Shown: positions 42,466 to 54,144 of the stretch, piece after piece
Layout: every line of letters starts with the position of its first letter
Numbering within the stretch: position 1 is the stretch's first letter
Source of the DNA: an uncultured Rivularia sp.
Lineage (GTDB): Bacteria; Cyanobacteriota; Cyanobacteriia; Cyanobacteriales; Nostocaceae
Length of the DNA stretch: 64,000 bases
Assembly (NCBI GenBank): GCA_963665115.1
Contig: OY762007.1
Coordinates: forward strand, 2,592,001 to 2,656,000
Reading direction: 5' to 3'
Program-made: the position numbers and the translations under genes
The notes under the pieces: model-generated
What the model was told of the DNA's origin: nothing
The model's input: only the letters and a program-made list of their open reading frames with translations
Database searches by the model: none

Positions 42466-43266
42466 TCACAAATCTTCTGGATTAACTCCCAACTCTCGCA
42501 GCTTTGCGGCTAAACGTTCGGCTTTCTCAAGAGGTGTTGGTACCCAATTTTGTTGAGCATCATACCAGCGCAGCCACAAACCTTGCGTATCTTGATAAGA
42601 ACCTTGCCAAACTCCCAAACCTAGTTGAATTTCATCCAACCACACCTTTTGATCGGATAAAGTCATTTCTTGGAAACGAGTACCAACTAACTGAAAAACT
42701 CGCAGTTTATTAGTATATCTATCAAACACTACATAATAAGGAATTCTGAGAATTTGTTCGTAAACTTCCCATTTGGTTGGTGGTTTATTGACATCTCGCA
42801 GAGTTTGACCTAAATCTTCTTGTTCCGTACCGGGGGAAAGCAATTCAACTATCATAAAAGGAGCAACTCCTTCTTGCCAAATTACGTAGCTCAAACGTAA
42901 ATCTTGCTGTTGGTTGCTATTAGCTACACCCAGAACAGTAAACCAATCGGGACGCTTGTACCATAGCTGATGATGAACATCATAATAAATATTTAAATCG
43001 GTAGCAACAAAAACCTCTTCTTTTGGATAATTTGCTGGTTGAAAGGTTTCTCGCAGCAGTTGCGGTTGAAAAATATGAAATTCGTCAGGCAAACCAGATT
43101 CTCCCACATACTCGCTAGGTAAATCGTACATCGTGGGGAGGGTTTCTTTAGCAGGAAGAGGAGCATTGGGGTCAAGCTCACCGAACTCATCCGGATGTTC
43201 GCCGCTGTTATCGTACATTGTCGGAAGAGATTCTTTGGGAGAAGGAGGAGGATTTTTTTCGTACAT
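42466..43266 (-). CDS. Uma2-family (PD-(D/E)xK) putative endonuclease
   Basis: 'GLPDEFH','YKRPDWF','SYVIWQEG','VELLSPGT','K..VYEQ','LAAKLRELGVNP'. Confidence 0.88.
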   Translation of the reverse strand: MYEKNPPPSPKESLPTMYDNSGEHPDEFGELDPNAPLPAKETLPTMYDLPSEYVGESGLPDEFHIFQPQLLRETFQPANYPKEEVFVATDLNIYYDVHHQLWYKRPDWFTVLGVANSNQQQDLRLSYVIWQEGVAPFMIVELLSPGTEQEDLGQTLRDVNKPPTKWEVYEQILRIPYYVVFDRYTNKLRVFQLVGTRFQEMTLSDQKVWLDEIQLGLGVWQGSYQDTQGLWLRWYDAQQNWVPTPLEKAERLAAKLRELGVNPEDL

Positions 43267-43331
43267 GGCTGCATTCCGTAACCTACTAACTATAGATTAA
43301 CGGATGCAAAGATAAATGGTAATCTTCAAAA

Positions 43332-44642
43332 TTATTTTTGTGCCAACCAATTTTTTATTTCTTCTACTAACCAAATACTCTCGGCTTTGCTAAATTCTTT
43401 ACCGAATAAATATTCCTGTTCTTTTGTTTTTATTGAAATAACCCATTTGTCTGTTACGTCATTTATATTATATAGATTTATATCTTCGATATCTTTAACA
43501 ATACCTCTATCGATTAAGTTTGTGTTTTTATGAAGTTCAAAAGTATTTTCGTAAAAAACAAGACTTTTTCTACCCTGGGGAATTATAAAGATTACGACAG
43601 TAAAACTTACAATTAATAGAAAAAATGCAGAAAAAGTTCCCCAAATTATAGCTGTAATAAATACACCCAGCACTAAAACTGTTGTTGTAATTGTCGTGAT
43701 ATCATTAGTAGCAAGACATGGATAATTAATTATCAACTTATCTAAAGTTTTTTCTAATTTAATCTCAGTTTGTAATGGTACTAAATTTTTTGAATAATAT
43801 ACTTGTTGTCTAAGCCTAACAGGGCTATCATCATCATTAACTATCTCCGATTGTAGTTTTTTCAAAGCTGTTTTAGCAGTATCAAACCGTTTCTTTAAAT
43901 CGGGTTCAATAGCTTTTCCCAACCATCTAATCAAATTGGAACTTAAATTTACTCTATCGGCAAATTGAATTTTAAAATCTTCTTGTGGTAAATCCGCTGG
44001 GGGTATTCCTGTCAGTAAATGAATTAAAGTAGTTCCCAAAGCGAAAATATCTGAAGCAGCAACTGCTCTACCACCAAATTGTTCTATAGGTGTATAACCA
44101 TAAGTTCCAACAACAGTAAAAGTATTTCCTTCAACTGCTGCTCTATACTGTACCGCTCCAAAATCAATTAAATATATATGTCCATCTTTACCCCAAATTA
44201 AATTACTTGGCTTAATATCGCGATGTAAAACTGGTGGATTCAATTCATGTAAATAAATTAGAATATCTAAAATATTTTTGGCAATTTCTTTAATTTGAGA
44301 TTCAGTAAATCGCTTTTCTTGTAAAATTAAATCCTTGAAAGAGTTTCCTCTAATATATTCTTGAACTAATACAAAACCTTGGATTGATTCATTTAGTGGG
44401 AAGTAATCGAGATATCTGGGAATATGAGGATGGTTGAGTTGTTTTAATATCTTGGCTTCTCTTTCAAATAATTTAAACTCCTCCCATTGAGTAGCTCCTC
44501 GTGTTGAGAACACTTTTACAACAACCGATTCGGTAGGCTTAATTTTTATATCCCTTGCCAACCAAACTTCATGAGCAATATTGTTTCCGAGTTTTTCTGC
44601 AATTTGATAGCGCTGTTGTAGAATTTGTCCAGTTTTCAGCAT
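43332..44642 (-). CDS. Ser/Thr protein kinase with C-terminal TM hairpin (copy A)
   Basis: 'HRDIKPSN','IDFG','GTYGYTP'. Confidence 0.9.
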   Translation of the reverse strand: MLKTGQILQQRYQIAEKLGNNIAHEVWLARDIKIKPTESVVVKVFSTRGATQWEEFKLFEREAKILKQLNHPHIPRYLDYFPLNESIQGFVLVQEYIRGNSFKDLILQEKRFTESQIKEIAKNILDILIYLHELNPPVLHRDIKPSNLIWGKDGHIYLIDFGAVQYRAAVEGNTFTVVGTYGYTPIEQFGGRAVAASDIFALGTTLIHLLTGIPPADLPQEDFKIQFADRVNLSSNLIRWLGKAIEPDLKKRFDTAKTALKKLQSEIVNDDDSPVRLRQQVYYSKNLVPLQTEIKLEKTLDKLIINYPCLATNDITTITTTVLVLGVFITAIIWGTFSAFFLLIVSFTVVIFIIPQGRKSLVFYENTFELHKNTNLIDRGIVKDIEDINLYNINDVTDKWVISIKTKEQEYLFGKEFSKAESIWLVEEIKNWLAQK

Positions 44643-44942
44643 TATTTTAGCCTGCTTGAACTTTGTTTCTACTTATATATTTCCCAATTGAGGGAGTTAA
44701 ATAACAGATTGAGCAGTTATTTTGATAAAATAGCAAAATTACAGCCTACAAAAAACCTAGTAGAAATTAACGCTCAAATTGAATGTTGAGTTAGAGCACA
44801 ATTTTACACTTTTACTAAACATAAACATTCCTCCTGTGCCGTGAAGTTAACCTACAAACTAGGAGACGTAGTAGTGCTACGTCTCTACATTAATTATCTG
44901 TTAAACAAAAAGCTCCCCTTTTTTAATAGGGTTGGGGTGATT

Positions 44943-46277
44943 TTAAAATTTATTTGCTTCCAACCAATTCTTGATTTCTTGTACTAACCAAATACACTCA
45001 GCTTTAGTTAACCCTTCACCAAATACGTATTTTCGTTCTTTAGTTTTGATTAAGATATACCAATCTTCCCACATATGAAGTTTACTATATTTATTTACAT
45101 AATTAATATCTTTGATTCTACCTCTATCTATTATTTTTTTGTTTTTATAAATTTCAAAAACACTGCTATGAAAATGAAGAATAGAACGAGGTTTTGGAAT
45201 TGAAAGAATTATTACATATACACTTACTAACAATAGGGACAGCAGAACAATACTATCTATTCCTGAAGACGTACTAAATACAAGTACCAGATAAAACGTT
45301 ACAAACATTGCTAAAATTACAAAGAAAAGAAGGTCATCACGATAATCAAGACATAGATATGTAATTGTCAATTTATCTAATGATTTCTCTAAGTCAACAT
45401 TAGTTACCTTCGGTACTAAATCTTTTGAATAATATACTTTTTGACTCAGCTTAACAGAACTATCATCATAATTAACTATCTCCGATTGTAGTTTTTTCAA
45501 AGCTGTTTTAGCAGTATCAAACCGTTTCTTTAAATCGGGTTCAATAGCTTTTCCCAACCATCTAATCAAATTGGAACTTAAATTTACTCTATCGGCAAAT
45601 TGAATTTTAAAATCTTCTTGTGGTAAATCCGCTGGGGGTATTCCTGTCAGTAAATGAATTAAAGTAGTTCCCAAAGCGAAAATATCTGAAGCAGCAACTG
45701 CTCTACCACCAAATTGTTCTATAGGTGTATAACCGTAAGTTCCGACAACAGTAAAGGTACTTCCTTCAACTGCTGCTCTATACTGTACCGCTCCAAAATC
45801 AATTAAATATATATGTCCATCTTTACCCCAAATCAAATTACTTGGTTTAATATCACGATGTAAAACTGGTGGATTCAATTCATGTAAATAAATTAGAATA
45901 TCTAAAATATTTTTAGCAATTTCTTTAATTTGAGATTCAGTAAATCGCTTTTCTTGTAAAATTAAATCCTTGAAAGAGTTTCCTCTAATATATTCTTGAA
46001 CTAATACAAAACCTTGGATTGATTCATTTAGTTGGAAGTAATCGAGATATCTGGGAATGTAAGGATGGTTGAGTTGTTTTAATATCTTGGCTTCTCTTTC
46101 AAATAATTTAAACTCCTCCCATTGAGTAGCTCCTCGTGTTGACAACACTTTTACAACAACCGATTCGGTAGGCTTAATTTTTATATCCCTTGCCAACCAA
46201 ACTTCATGAGCAATATTGTTTCCGAGTTTTTCTGCAATTTGATAGCGCTGTTGTAGAATTTGTCCCGTCTTCAGCAT
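44943..46277 (-). CDS. Ser/Thr protein kinase with C-terminal TM hairpin (copy B)
   Basis: Kinase domain nearly identical to copy A at a 1635-bp offset. Confidence 0.9.
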   Translation of the reverse strand: MLKTGQILQQRYQIAEKLGNNIAHEVWLARDIKIKPTESVVVKVLSTRGATQWEEFKLFEREAKILKQLNHPYIPRYLDYFQLNESIQGFVLVQEYIRGNSFKDLILQEKRFTESQIKEIAKNILDILIYLHELNPPVLHRDIKPSNLIWGKDGHIYLIDFGAVQYRAAVEGSTFTVVGTYGYTPIEQFGGRAVAASDIFALGTTLIHLLTGIPPADLPQEDFKIQFADRVNLSSNLIRWLGKAIEPDLKKRFDTAKTALKKLQSEIVNYDDSSVKLSQKVYYSKDLVPKVTNVDLEKSLDKLTITYLCLDYRDDLLFFVILAMFVTFYLVLVFSTSSGIDSIVLLSLLLVSVYVIILSIPKPRSILHFHSSVFEIYKNKKIIDRGRIKDINYVNKYSKLHMWEDWYILIKTKERKYVFGEGLTKAECIWLVQEIKNWLEANKF

Positions 46278-46360
46278 TATTTTAGCCTGCTTGAACTTTG
46301 TTTCTACTTATATATTTCCCAATTGAGGGAGTTAAATAACAATCTAACCTAAACTACAAA

Positions 46361-47590
46361 CTATTTGGAGACGGAGCTTCCCTTCATAGGTTGCCCAGCC
46401 GAAAATATAACTTTCTCCTCTTGCTTGCGACTCTGCTCTTGGAATCTAATCGATTTCAAATACCAGAAAACCACCACTAATGGCAAAACATATCTATCCC
46501 AAGGATATGCTTTTATCATGATTAAGCTATTAAATAAAACAATCAAAGATATTAAATTAAGCTGAGAGAAGCGGATGCAGGCTAATAGAGATAAACCGTA
46601 ATATAAGGCAATTGTTAGGATATTGTAAGGGAGTAAATTTGCAAGTTTGATAATATTACCACTACCAAATAGCAACGGCGGAAATACCAAACAATATAAC
46701 AACAAACCTGCTGCAATGAGAATTATTTTACGTCGCTGCTGATTGAAGACTTGAAATCTCAAACTAGTTCTAAATAAGATAGACTCTGGAATCACGATAT
46801 AGAAACCAACAAAACTCAAGAAATTTATTGCACCACCGGGTGTTAAAGCCCAGGTACTTTTTTGCACTTCTGGAGCAGCGCGAACTTCTAAGGCTGCTTC
46901 TGGTACTAATCCTTGAAATAAATAAATCCATGCAAAAATAGATAATGCTGCTATCAAAGGAGCTAACCATCGCCATTTTACTAAAGAGGAAATCCTACGA
47001 AAACCTTGAAGATTATTAATCGTGACAATAAATTCATAAGTTGCGATCGCGAGTGGGAAAGCTAACATATATTGCCGCGATGCGATTGCTAAAATGAAGG
47101 CAAAACCGCCGATAAGATGGCGCTTACGAACATAACTGACAAAACCTAGAATCACCCAAAAGCAGGCAATCATTTCGGTGTATAAACGCCCGCTTAACCA
47201 AAGAAAATAGGGACACAACAATAAACCAATCAAGCACAAAATAGCTCTTGTACGCTTACCATGACTGGGATAGCCGATGATAAAGACAATACTCAAAGAC
47301 AAAATTAGGTTTAGCAGTCTTCCTGTAAATATTCCTTGATGAAAGAGATATTCCAACGCGCCAAAAATAATGAATGGTAGAGGCGTATTTAATTCATTAT
47401 AATCTGTTAAATCCTCAATCGAAGGAAGTAGGCGATCGCTAAAAGTTAAGCTGGTTTGCCAGAAGGTTTTTTCATCATGCCAGTAAGGTCCTTGTAGGAA
47501 ATCAAGCCAGACCACTAATATAATGTATATTGCTGTAATGCTCAGTAGAAACAGAAATTTTTGCTTAGAATGGTCGAGTTGGATGTTCAT
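46361..47590 (-). CDS. Multi-pass membrane protein, GT-C-fold glycosyltransferase-like
   Basis: 'WHDE' after TM1, 'RLYTE','SRQY','WDRYVLP'. Confidence 0.6.
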   Translation of the reverse strand: MNIQLDHSKQKFLFLLSITAIYIILVVWLDFLQGPYWHDEKTFWQTSLTFSDRLLPSIEDLTDYNELNTPLPFIIFGALEYLFHQGIFTGRLLNLILSLSIVFIIGYPSHGKRTRAILCLIGLLLCPYFLWLSGRLYTEMIACFWVILGFVSYVRKRHLIGGFAFILAIASRQYMLAFPLAIATYEFIVTINNLQGFRRISSLVKWRWLAPLIAALSIFAWIYLFQGLVPEAALEVRAAPEVQKSTWALTPGGAINFLSFVGFYIVIPESILFRTSLRFQVFNQQRRKIILIAAGLLLYCLVFPPLLFGSGNIIKLANLLPYNILTIALYYGLSLLACIRFSQLNLISLIVLFNSLIMIKAYPWDRYVLPLVVVFWYLKSIRFQEQSRKQEEKVIFSAGQPMKGSSVSK

Positions 47591-47882
47591 AGATAATTAA
47601 CGGTAATGTCATTGACTGTTCTCCATGAGCCATCAGTGGATAATACTTGTTACGTATATTATTTACTACAGATAAAATATAGCTCTCAGAATTTTAACCT
47701 ATTGCCATTGATATTACATAGAAAATATGTCGTTTAAAATACAAAAACTATAAATAAGAGCAGAGTGCTTTAAGCTTACATATTTCAGGTAATTGCCAAT
47801 AAATCAGAAACCCGGTTTTTCCAAAAAACCGGGTTTATAAACGTTACAAATTATTTAGAAATACAATTGTAGAAAATAATTA

Positions 47883-50800
47883 TTAAACAATCGCAAAGTT
47901 ATCAACACTTAAACTACTAGCATTAATCCCTTGCAAAATCCCTAAATTAACTCCACCAACAGCAATTAAAGTATTATCTTCTTGTTGAGTAATATTAACA
48001 TCTGCAAAACTAATTCCCAAACCAGCAATTCCAATTACATCTTCACCAATCGTAAAATCAGTAATAGTATTGGCAGCGTCGGGAGTTTCAGCAACAGCAA
48101 TCCAAAATTGGTCTGCACCTTCACCACCAGTGATAACATTACCACCACCAGATGCAGCAAAGAAACGGTCGTTTCCTGCTTCACCAAAGAGACGAGATTC
48201 TGTTCCTAATACCAAAATATCATCTCCTTCACCAGCGTAAATGCGATTATCACCTTTATTACTAGTTGAAGCATCAATTAAATCATCTCCTTTACCAGCA
48301 AAAATGATTTTTTTATTACCTTCTACTTCGATCGCATCATTACCAACAGTTCCAAATACAGGTTCCGGAGTTGTGGGAATACCTGCTTCATTAAATTCAA
48401 ATGTGACTTCTGAATAGGGAGATGTCTCAGCTTCAAGTAAAGGACTATCCTCATTCTTGAGATATTTATCGAAGAAAGCAACTGTATAATCATTAATAAT
48501 TGTAGTTGCTCGCTCCGGTTGAATAGGAGCAATCAAATTATCTAACTCACCTAAATTAATTCCAGCATCTTTTAATTCTGTTAAAACAAGAGGTAAATCT
48601 ATAAAACTTTGATGATTTGTCTCCTTAATTTTTAGCTGATAGCCATCATTTTGTAAATTATCAAAAAATGATTGCTGTAATTCTGATATTTCCCCCACAA
48701 AATTTTCATTATTCATAAACATAAATGGTTGACTGAGACTTTCGTTAACTCCATTAAGAAAAAGTCCACCATCTAAATTAATTCCAGCTTTGAAACGTTC
48801 ATCTTGTAACAATGTTTCAGCAGCAGTAGCACCACCTAATGAATATCCTAGAAAACCAACATTATCTAAATCTAATTTTCCGTTCAAAAGTCCTAATGGG
48901 TCGTCACCAGCATTAATTTCCTCTAATTCATCTAATACAAATTGTGCATCTTCTGCTCGAATTCCCACACTTTGTTTAGCAAGTTCTATAAATTTCGCTT
49001 CATCTTGTGTATTAAATATGGGGGATTGACCTACAGTTCGTCCGTCCGGGAAAACAGTTAGAAGAGAGTCATAAGTATGGTTCATGCTGACTACAACATA
49101 ACCTTGAGAAGCTAATTCTTCTGCATTGATTGTATTGAATTCAGATGGACTTCCGAAACCGTGAGAAAAGAATAATACGGGATAATCGGATTCAGTTTCA
49201 GCAACCGCAGCATTGATAATACCATTGGTTGTTACTCCCTGAATTTGTTCTATTAATTCTTTCTCAGACAAACCAAAGTTGGATGCTAGCTCTCGACTTA
49301 ATTCTCGACTTAATTCTTCACTCAAATAAGCAGCGGTTTTTCCTTCAGAAATTTCGGTGGGATACCAAACCTTAACAGTTAACTCTCGATTATCGTCGGG
49401 GGTCTTCAGTATATATTTCTTCTCTTTCCAAATCTTTGAAATAATAATTAGCTGTTCCTACAGAATATTCACCAGTCGGTTCGGGGAAGGATAATCCAGA
49501 AGAATCATCGCTGACAAAATTATCTTCACTCAAACTTTCAGCATTCACATTTTGCAAAATTGCAATATCTGCACCATCTAGAGAAATTACAGCATTTTTA
49601 CCTTGTTGGGCAATATCAATATTTTCTAAATCAACACCCAAATCAGTAATATCAATCAAATCGTCATCAACTTTGAAATCAAAGATTTGATCGGTACCTT
49701 CATTTTGTTTCAGGACAAATACATCATTACCAGTACCACCATTGAGACTATCATTTCCCAAACCACCGGAAATCGTATCATCACCAGCATCACCCCAAAG
49801 TCGGTCATTACCAGCTTCACCGAATATCAAATCATTTCCAGCTTTACCACCGATACGGTCATTCCCCATTCCACCGTAAATAGTGTCATCACCACCAACA
49901 CTTCCACCACCGGAACGATTATTTAAATCTCCTCGTAAAACATCATCACCACCTTGACCAAAAATCAAATCATTACCCAATCCCCCAGCGATAGTATCGT
50001 TACGTTCTTCACCAGCAAGGGTATTATCAGCTTCGTCACCAACTATGACATCGCTTTCTTCCGAAACAATTCCACCAAACTTCAGAAATTTTTGTAATTT
50101 TTTTGAATCATCTGCATATTCGACATTGCTAATAAGTTGAAAAAACTTTTCTTCATCTACAGCATCATTATCAAGTTCCGCAAGTTTACTTTCATCATCA
50201 ATTAAAGCAATTAAATCAGCTTTATTGTTAATTCCATCAACTACATCAATTAAACCATTCACAAAATTACTGTCAAAAGAATCGAGCCATTCTTCAGTAG
50301 TAATATTATTATTAGGTTCGCCGAACAAAGTATTATTAACAGCAGAAAATATAGAATCCGTAGCTAACGTTAAAGATTGAAGGTCTATTTGGTTAACAAA
50401 AACGACAACAGTAGTATCGGTTTCAGGAAAATATTGCATTTTACTGATATAGCCAAAAGTTCCACCATCATGTCCCCAAATTTCTCCCCAAGGGGTTTGT
50501 TCTTCGTATACACCCAACCCATAGTCATCTCCTACTTGTACTTCCCTTTCATCAATATTTGACCAAGAAAGCATTTTATTTAAACTTTCAGGTGTTAGTA
50601 ACTCTCCACCAAATAACGCATCGCTAAAACGGGCTACGTCTTTAGTATTAGAAATAATTCCACCATCGGCTAAAGTAGAAGCAAGAGATGAAAATAATTC
50701 TGTAGTATCTTCAAAAATACCATCTGCACCCAATTCCCCATCTTCTGAAATTAAATCTCCATAACCCCGAACTAATCTTCCCTCTGGAATTTCATCACCC

Positions 50801-51429
50801 ACAAAATATGTATTACTTAATTCTAAAGGTGACAAAATTAAGCGATTAACCTCACTTTGATAAGAATTACCAGTAGCAGCTTCAATTAGCATTCCTAGCA
50901 AAAGATAATTAGTATTGGAGTAAAAGAATGATTCACCCGGAGCAAAATAAGCATCTTCTCCAGCAACATAATTTTTCAGAATTGCTTCCCTACTTCTATC
51001 AATATCAGCACCCTCAAGTTCTATAGCAAATTCATCTAAGCCAAATTGGGGGTTATTTGTATAGCTAAAAATTCCGCTAGTATGATTTAATAACTGCTCG
51101 ATGCTAATATCCTTAGCATTGGGAATATTATTAATAATAGAATCGGGTAGCCATTTATCTAAAGTATCTTCTAAACTGAGTTTTTCCTCTTCCAGCAACT
51201 TGAGAATAGTTGCTGATGTAAACGTTTTACTGATACTACCAATTTTAAATAAATCATCTTGATTTACTGGATTTTTAGTTTCCAAATTAGCAACCCCACT
51301 ACCACCATACCAAGTACCATCAGAAGTGATAACAGCCACTGTAGCACCGGGAATTTGTGTACTTTCCACAGCAGAATCGAGACTTGCTTGTAACTGTTGA
51401 GCTAGTTCGGGGGAAATATTTTGATTCAT
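47883..51429 (-). CDS. Serine hydrolase (beta-lactamase fold) + RTX + alpha/beta hydrolase + RTX fusion (one extra base in the G-run at 49398-49402)
   Basis: SISK, YSN, HDGG; GGxGxD repeats; 'PEPTGEYSVG', corrected 'EDPDDNRELTVKVWYP', 'FSHGFG','GYSLGG','NLDG','NHQSF'. Confidence 0.82.
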
Positions 51430-51512
51430 TTTTTCCTTTTACCTAAAATACTTTCTGTAGTAAGTTAACTTTAAATATTCATGTTTCAATATTGTCTATG
51501 GTCATGTATTTT

Positions 51513-51528
51513 TATGACTAAAGTCATA
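51513..51528. promoter_or_regulatory. Palindromic operator candidate TATGACTAAAGTCATA
   Basis: 7-bp perfect arms TATGACT/AGTCATA, about 85 bp upstream of the minus-strand hydrolase start. Confidence 0.4.
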
Positions 51529-51790
51529 TTGGTAACTAAGTAACAAATTGCTGGTATATAGATCAATTTTCGTCATATTTATAATTTACTCAAAGTACGA
51601 TTAAAAATTACGTTACTCCAAATTTCACATGGTTAAGTTTAAGAAATAAAACCTAAGCAGCCCTTTGAGTAAAAGAACAATTAAATATTTAATATCGTAA
51701 TTAGATTTAGATGAAAGTGTATTCAGACAGGATAATTTTTAGATACCAAGTTTCTAAATCTTGCCAAATTCCTAATAAACTACTTTAGTT

Positions 51791-51820
51791 TTTAATTTAT
51801 ATTTAATATTCCCTTAACAA
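51791..51820 (+). promoter_or_regulatory. Pho box
   Basis: TTTAATTT / TTTAATAT / CTTAACAA at 51791, 51802, 51813. Confidence 0.6.
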
Positions 51821-51945
51821 ATAAATGGAACAATATTTTTCATGTTCCTCAGTATTTTTTCGGATAAAAATTTTCTGAAGACCTCAAGTTCGCTTTTATT
51901 CTGTTTAATTCACGTACAAATACTTAAAAAAGGGAACTATCATCA

Positions 51946-54144
51946 ATGGCTAAGAACGTTATTATCATGGTCGGCGACGGTATGGGCTGGGAAATGGCTC
52001 GTGCTGCTGCTATTCAAAAGCAAATTAACGACGGTGCGACTGGTAACACTCTTTCAGATTTCTATACAGAAGGTACTGGTACTGGCTTAAGCTTTCAAGA
52101 ATTAGATGGTTATGCAATTTCGACTACTAGCAATACTTTTATCGATGGTAGTAAAGGAAATTCCGCTCTTCAAGGTACACCTTTCAATCACAATACTGGA
52201 GAATCCGAACCACGTGAAGGTTTTGAATTTGACCCCAGCGCTGCCATTGTAGAAGGCTTCGTTCCCGATGCAGATGGTAACACTAGCTATAATGAAGCTC
52301 CCATTCTTGATGCTGCTGGTAATGCTCTAGGTGGTAACGTACCTATTTGGGACGCAGAATTAGGTGGTGAATTACCTTGGGAAAATGGTACCGATCCTGA
52401 ATATATTAAGAATTTGTACCCTGACTCAGCAGGTACAGCAACTGCTCTCTACACCGGAACTAAAACCTATGTGGGTGCAATTGGTGTTGATATTCACGAA
52501 CACGAACTATCAACGATGGCTGAAAAAGCTATGGCTGATGGAAAATCTGCTGGTGTTGTTAGTTCAGTACCTTTCAACCATGCAACTCCTGCGGCTGCTA
52601 TTGCTCACGTTAATAACCGTAATAAGACTCACGACGAAAGCTTTGAGCAGCGTAGAGGCGATGACGAGGCATTCCGCGATGCAGATGGTAATCTCGTAGA
52701 TGAATTTGGTCATGCAATTGAAGACTACGACAACATCTTGACTCAGATTGTTGAAGAAGTTAAACCTACTTTGGTTTTAGGAGCAGGTCACGCGGATACT
52801 CGTAATGGTGATGAGCGCTACGTTACATACGACCAGCTAGAAGAATTACGTAACAGCCAAGACTACACTTTCTTAGAGCGCGGTGAAAATGCTGCTCAAG
52901 TCTTAGCTGACACTGCTGCTAGCTTAAAGGTAGAAGAAGGCGATCGCCTTTTTGGTATTTACGGTGCGAAAGGTCAAGGTGGTAACTTACCTTGGAGAAC
53001 TGCTGATGGAGACTACAGCAATGCTGGTTTGGGTGGTCGTAATTCTACAGAACGTCCTTTAGAAGAAGGTCAAACTGATACAGATTTCATCGCTCAAGAA
53101 GTTAATTACAACCCAAACCTAAATGACATGACATCCGCAGCATTGGATGTCTTAGGAGATGATGAAGAGGGTTTCTGGTTGATGATTGAAGGTGGCGATA
53201 TTGACTGGGCTGCTCACGACAACAGCCTTGACAATATGATTGGAGCCACAATGGACTTCCAGGACTCCGTACAGACTGTAATGGACTGGATTGCAGAAAA
53301 TGGTGGTTGGCAAGAAAACCAACTGATCGTAACTGCGGATCACGACCACTACTTTACCCTCAACGATAACTTCCCCGAATTGTTACGTGCTGAAGGTGCT
53401 GAAGCTTTGACTACTGCTGAAAGCACTGCTGATGCAGGTCACTACTGGGGTTCGGATGAAGAAGTTAAATACGGTTGGGGAACTCACACCACCCGTCCCG
53501 TTCCCGTTTACTACCAAGGTGCTGGTACCGAAGCATTTGAAGCATTAGCTGGTGAAGGCTACCAGGCTTATGGTAAGGAAGTAGAAGGTGTTGACGGTTT
53601 TGTAGACCAAGTTCACATCGCTCAGGTACAGGATGCTGCATTTGCATTCGATATGCCAGTAAAAGAAGACGCAAGCGGTGCGAATTATCTTGACTTTAGT
53701 GGTTTCCAAGGTGATGTAGAAGTAGACTACACCATCAGTAGAGAAGCTGCATTCGATAACCAAGTTTATTTCTACACCGTTGACGAAAAAGATGGTGATA
53801 TTGATGGTTTTGCACCCAGCGCTAGCGAATATATGCAAGCTGCGTTGAACAACATCATCAGCCCTGAATTTTCTACCACAGACGGTAACGAACAAACCGG
53901 AAGCTTCACAATGGAAGCTGGTTCCGTTGTTGGTACAATGATTATCGCTGACGGTACCTTAAGCGATGCACTCAACGGCAACGCAACCGTTTACTTCTCA
54001 TTCCCTGGTGCTACAGGTAACGATGGTTTCGACCACATTCGCATGAACGGAAACAACATATTCGAGTTTGAAGATCAAGCTGGTGGTGGTGACATGGACT
54101 TCAACGACGTTGTCATAGAGTTGAATGATTTTGCAATTATGTAA
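51946..54144 (+). CDS. phoA: Alkaline phosphatase (PhoA family) with C-terminal DUF4114-like module
   Basis: 'GDGMG','PDSAGTAT','NHATPA','EGGDIDWAAH','TADHDH','GTHTT'; C-terminal 'REAAFDN..YFY','FDHI','FEFED..GGGD.DFND'. Confidence 0.9.
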   Translation: MAKNVIIMVGDGMGWEMARAAAIQKQINDGATGNTLSDFYTEGTGTGLSFQELDGYAISTTSNTFIDGSKGNSALQGTPFNHNTGESEPREGFEFDPSAAIVEGFVPDADGNTSYNEAPILDAAGNALGGNVPIWDAELGGELPWENGTDPEYIKNLYPDSAGTATALYTGTKTYVGAIGVDIHEHELSTMAEKAMADGKSAGVVSSVPFNHATPAAAIAHVNNRNKTHDESFEQRRGDDEAFRDADGNLVDEFGHAIEDYDNILTQIVEEVKPTLVLGAGHADTRNGDERYVTYDQLEELRNSQDYTFLERGENAAQVLADTAASLKVEEGDRLFGIYGAKGQGGNLPWRTADGDYSNAGLGGRNSTERPLEEGQTDTDFIAQEVNYNPNLNDMTSAALDVLGDDEEGFWLMIEGGDIDWAAHDNSLDNMIGATMDFQDSVQTVMDWIAENGGWQENQLIVTADHDHYFTLNDNFPELLRAEGAEALTTAESTADAGHYWGSDEEVKYGWGTHTTRPVPVYYQGAGTEAFEALAGEGYQAYGKEVEGVDGFVDQVHIAQVQDAAFAFDMPVKEDASGANYLDFSGFQGDVEVDYTISREAAFDNQVYFYTVDEKDGDIDGFAPSASEYMQAALNNIISPEFSTTDGNEQTGSFTMEAGSVVGTMIIADGTLSDALNGNATVYFSFPGATGNDGFDHIRMNGNNIFEFEDQAGGGDMDFNDVVIELNDFAIM

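Noticed and set aside
35270..44890. CRISPR array from recurring 27-nt palindromes
   Set aside because: Copies are kilobases apart at gene ends, with no regular spacers and no cas genes
43332..46341. Diversity-generating retroelement explaining the twin kinases
   Set aside because: No reverse transcriptase in the window; differences include indels and are not confined to adenines
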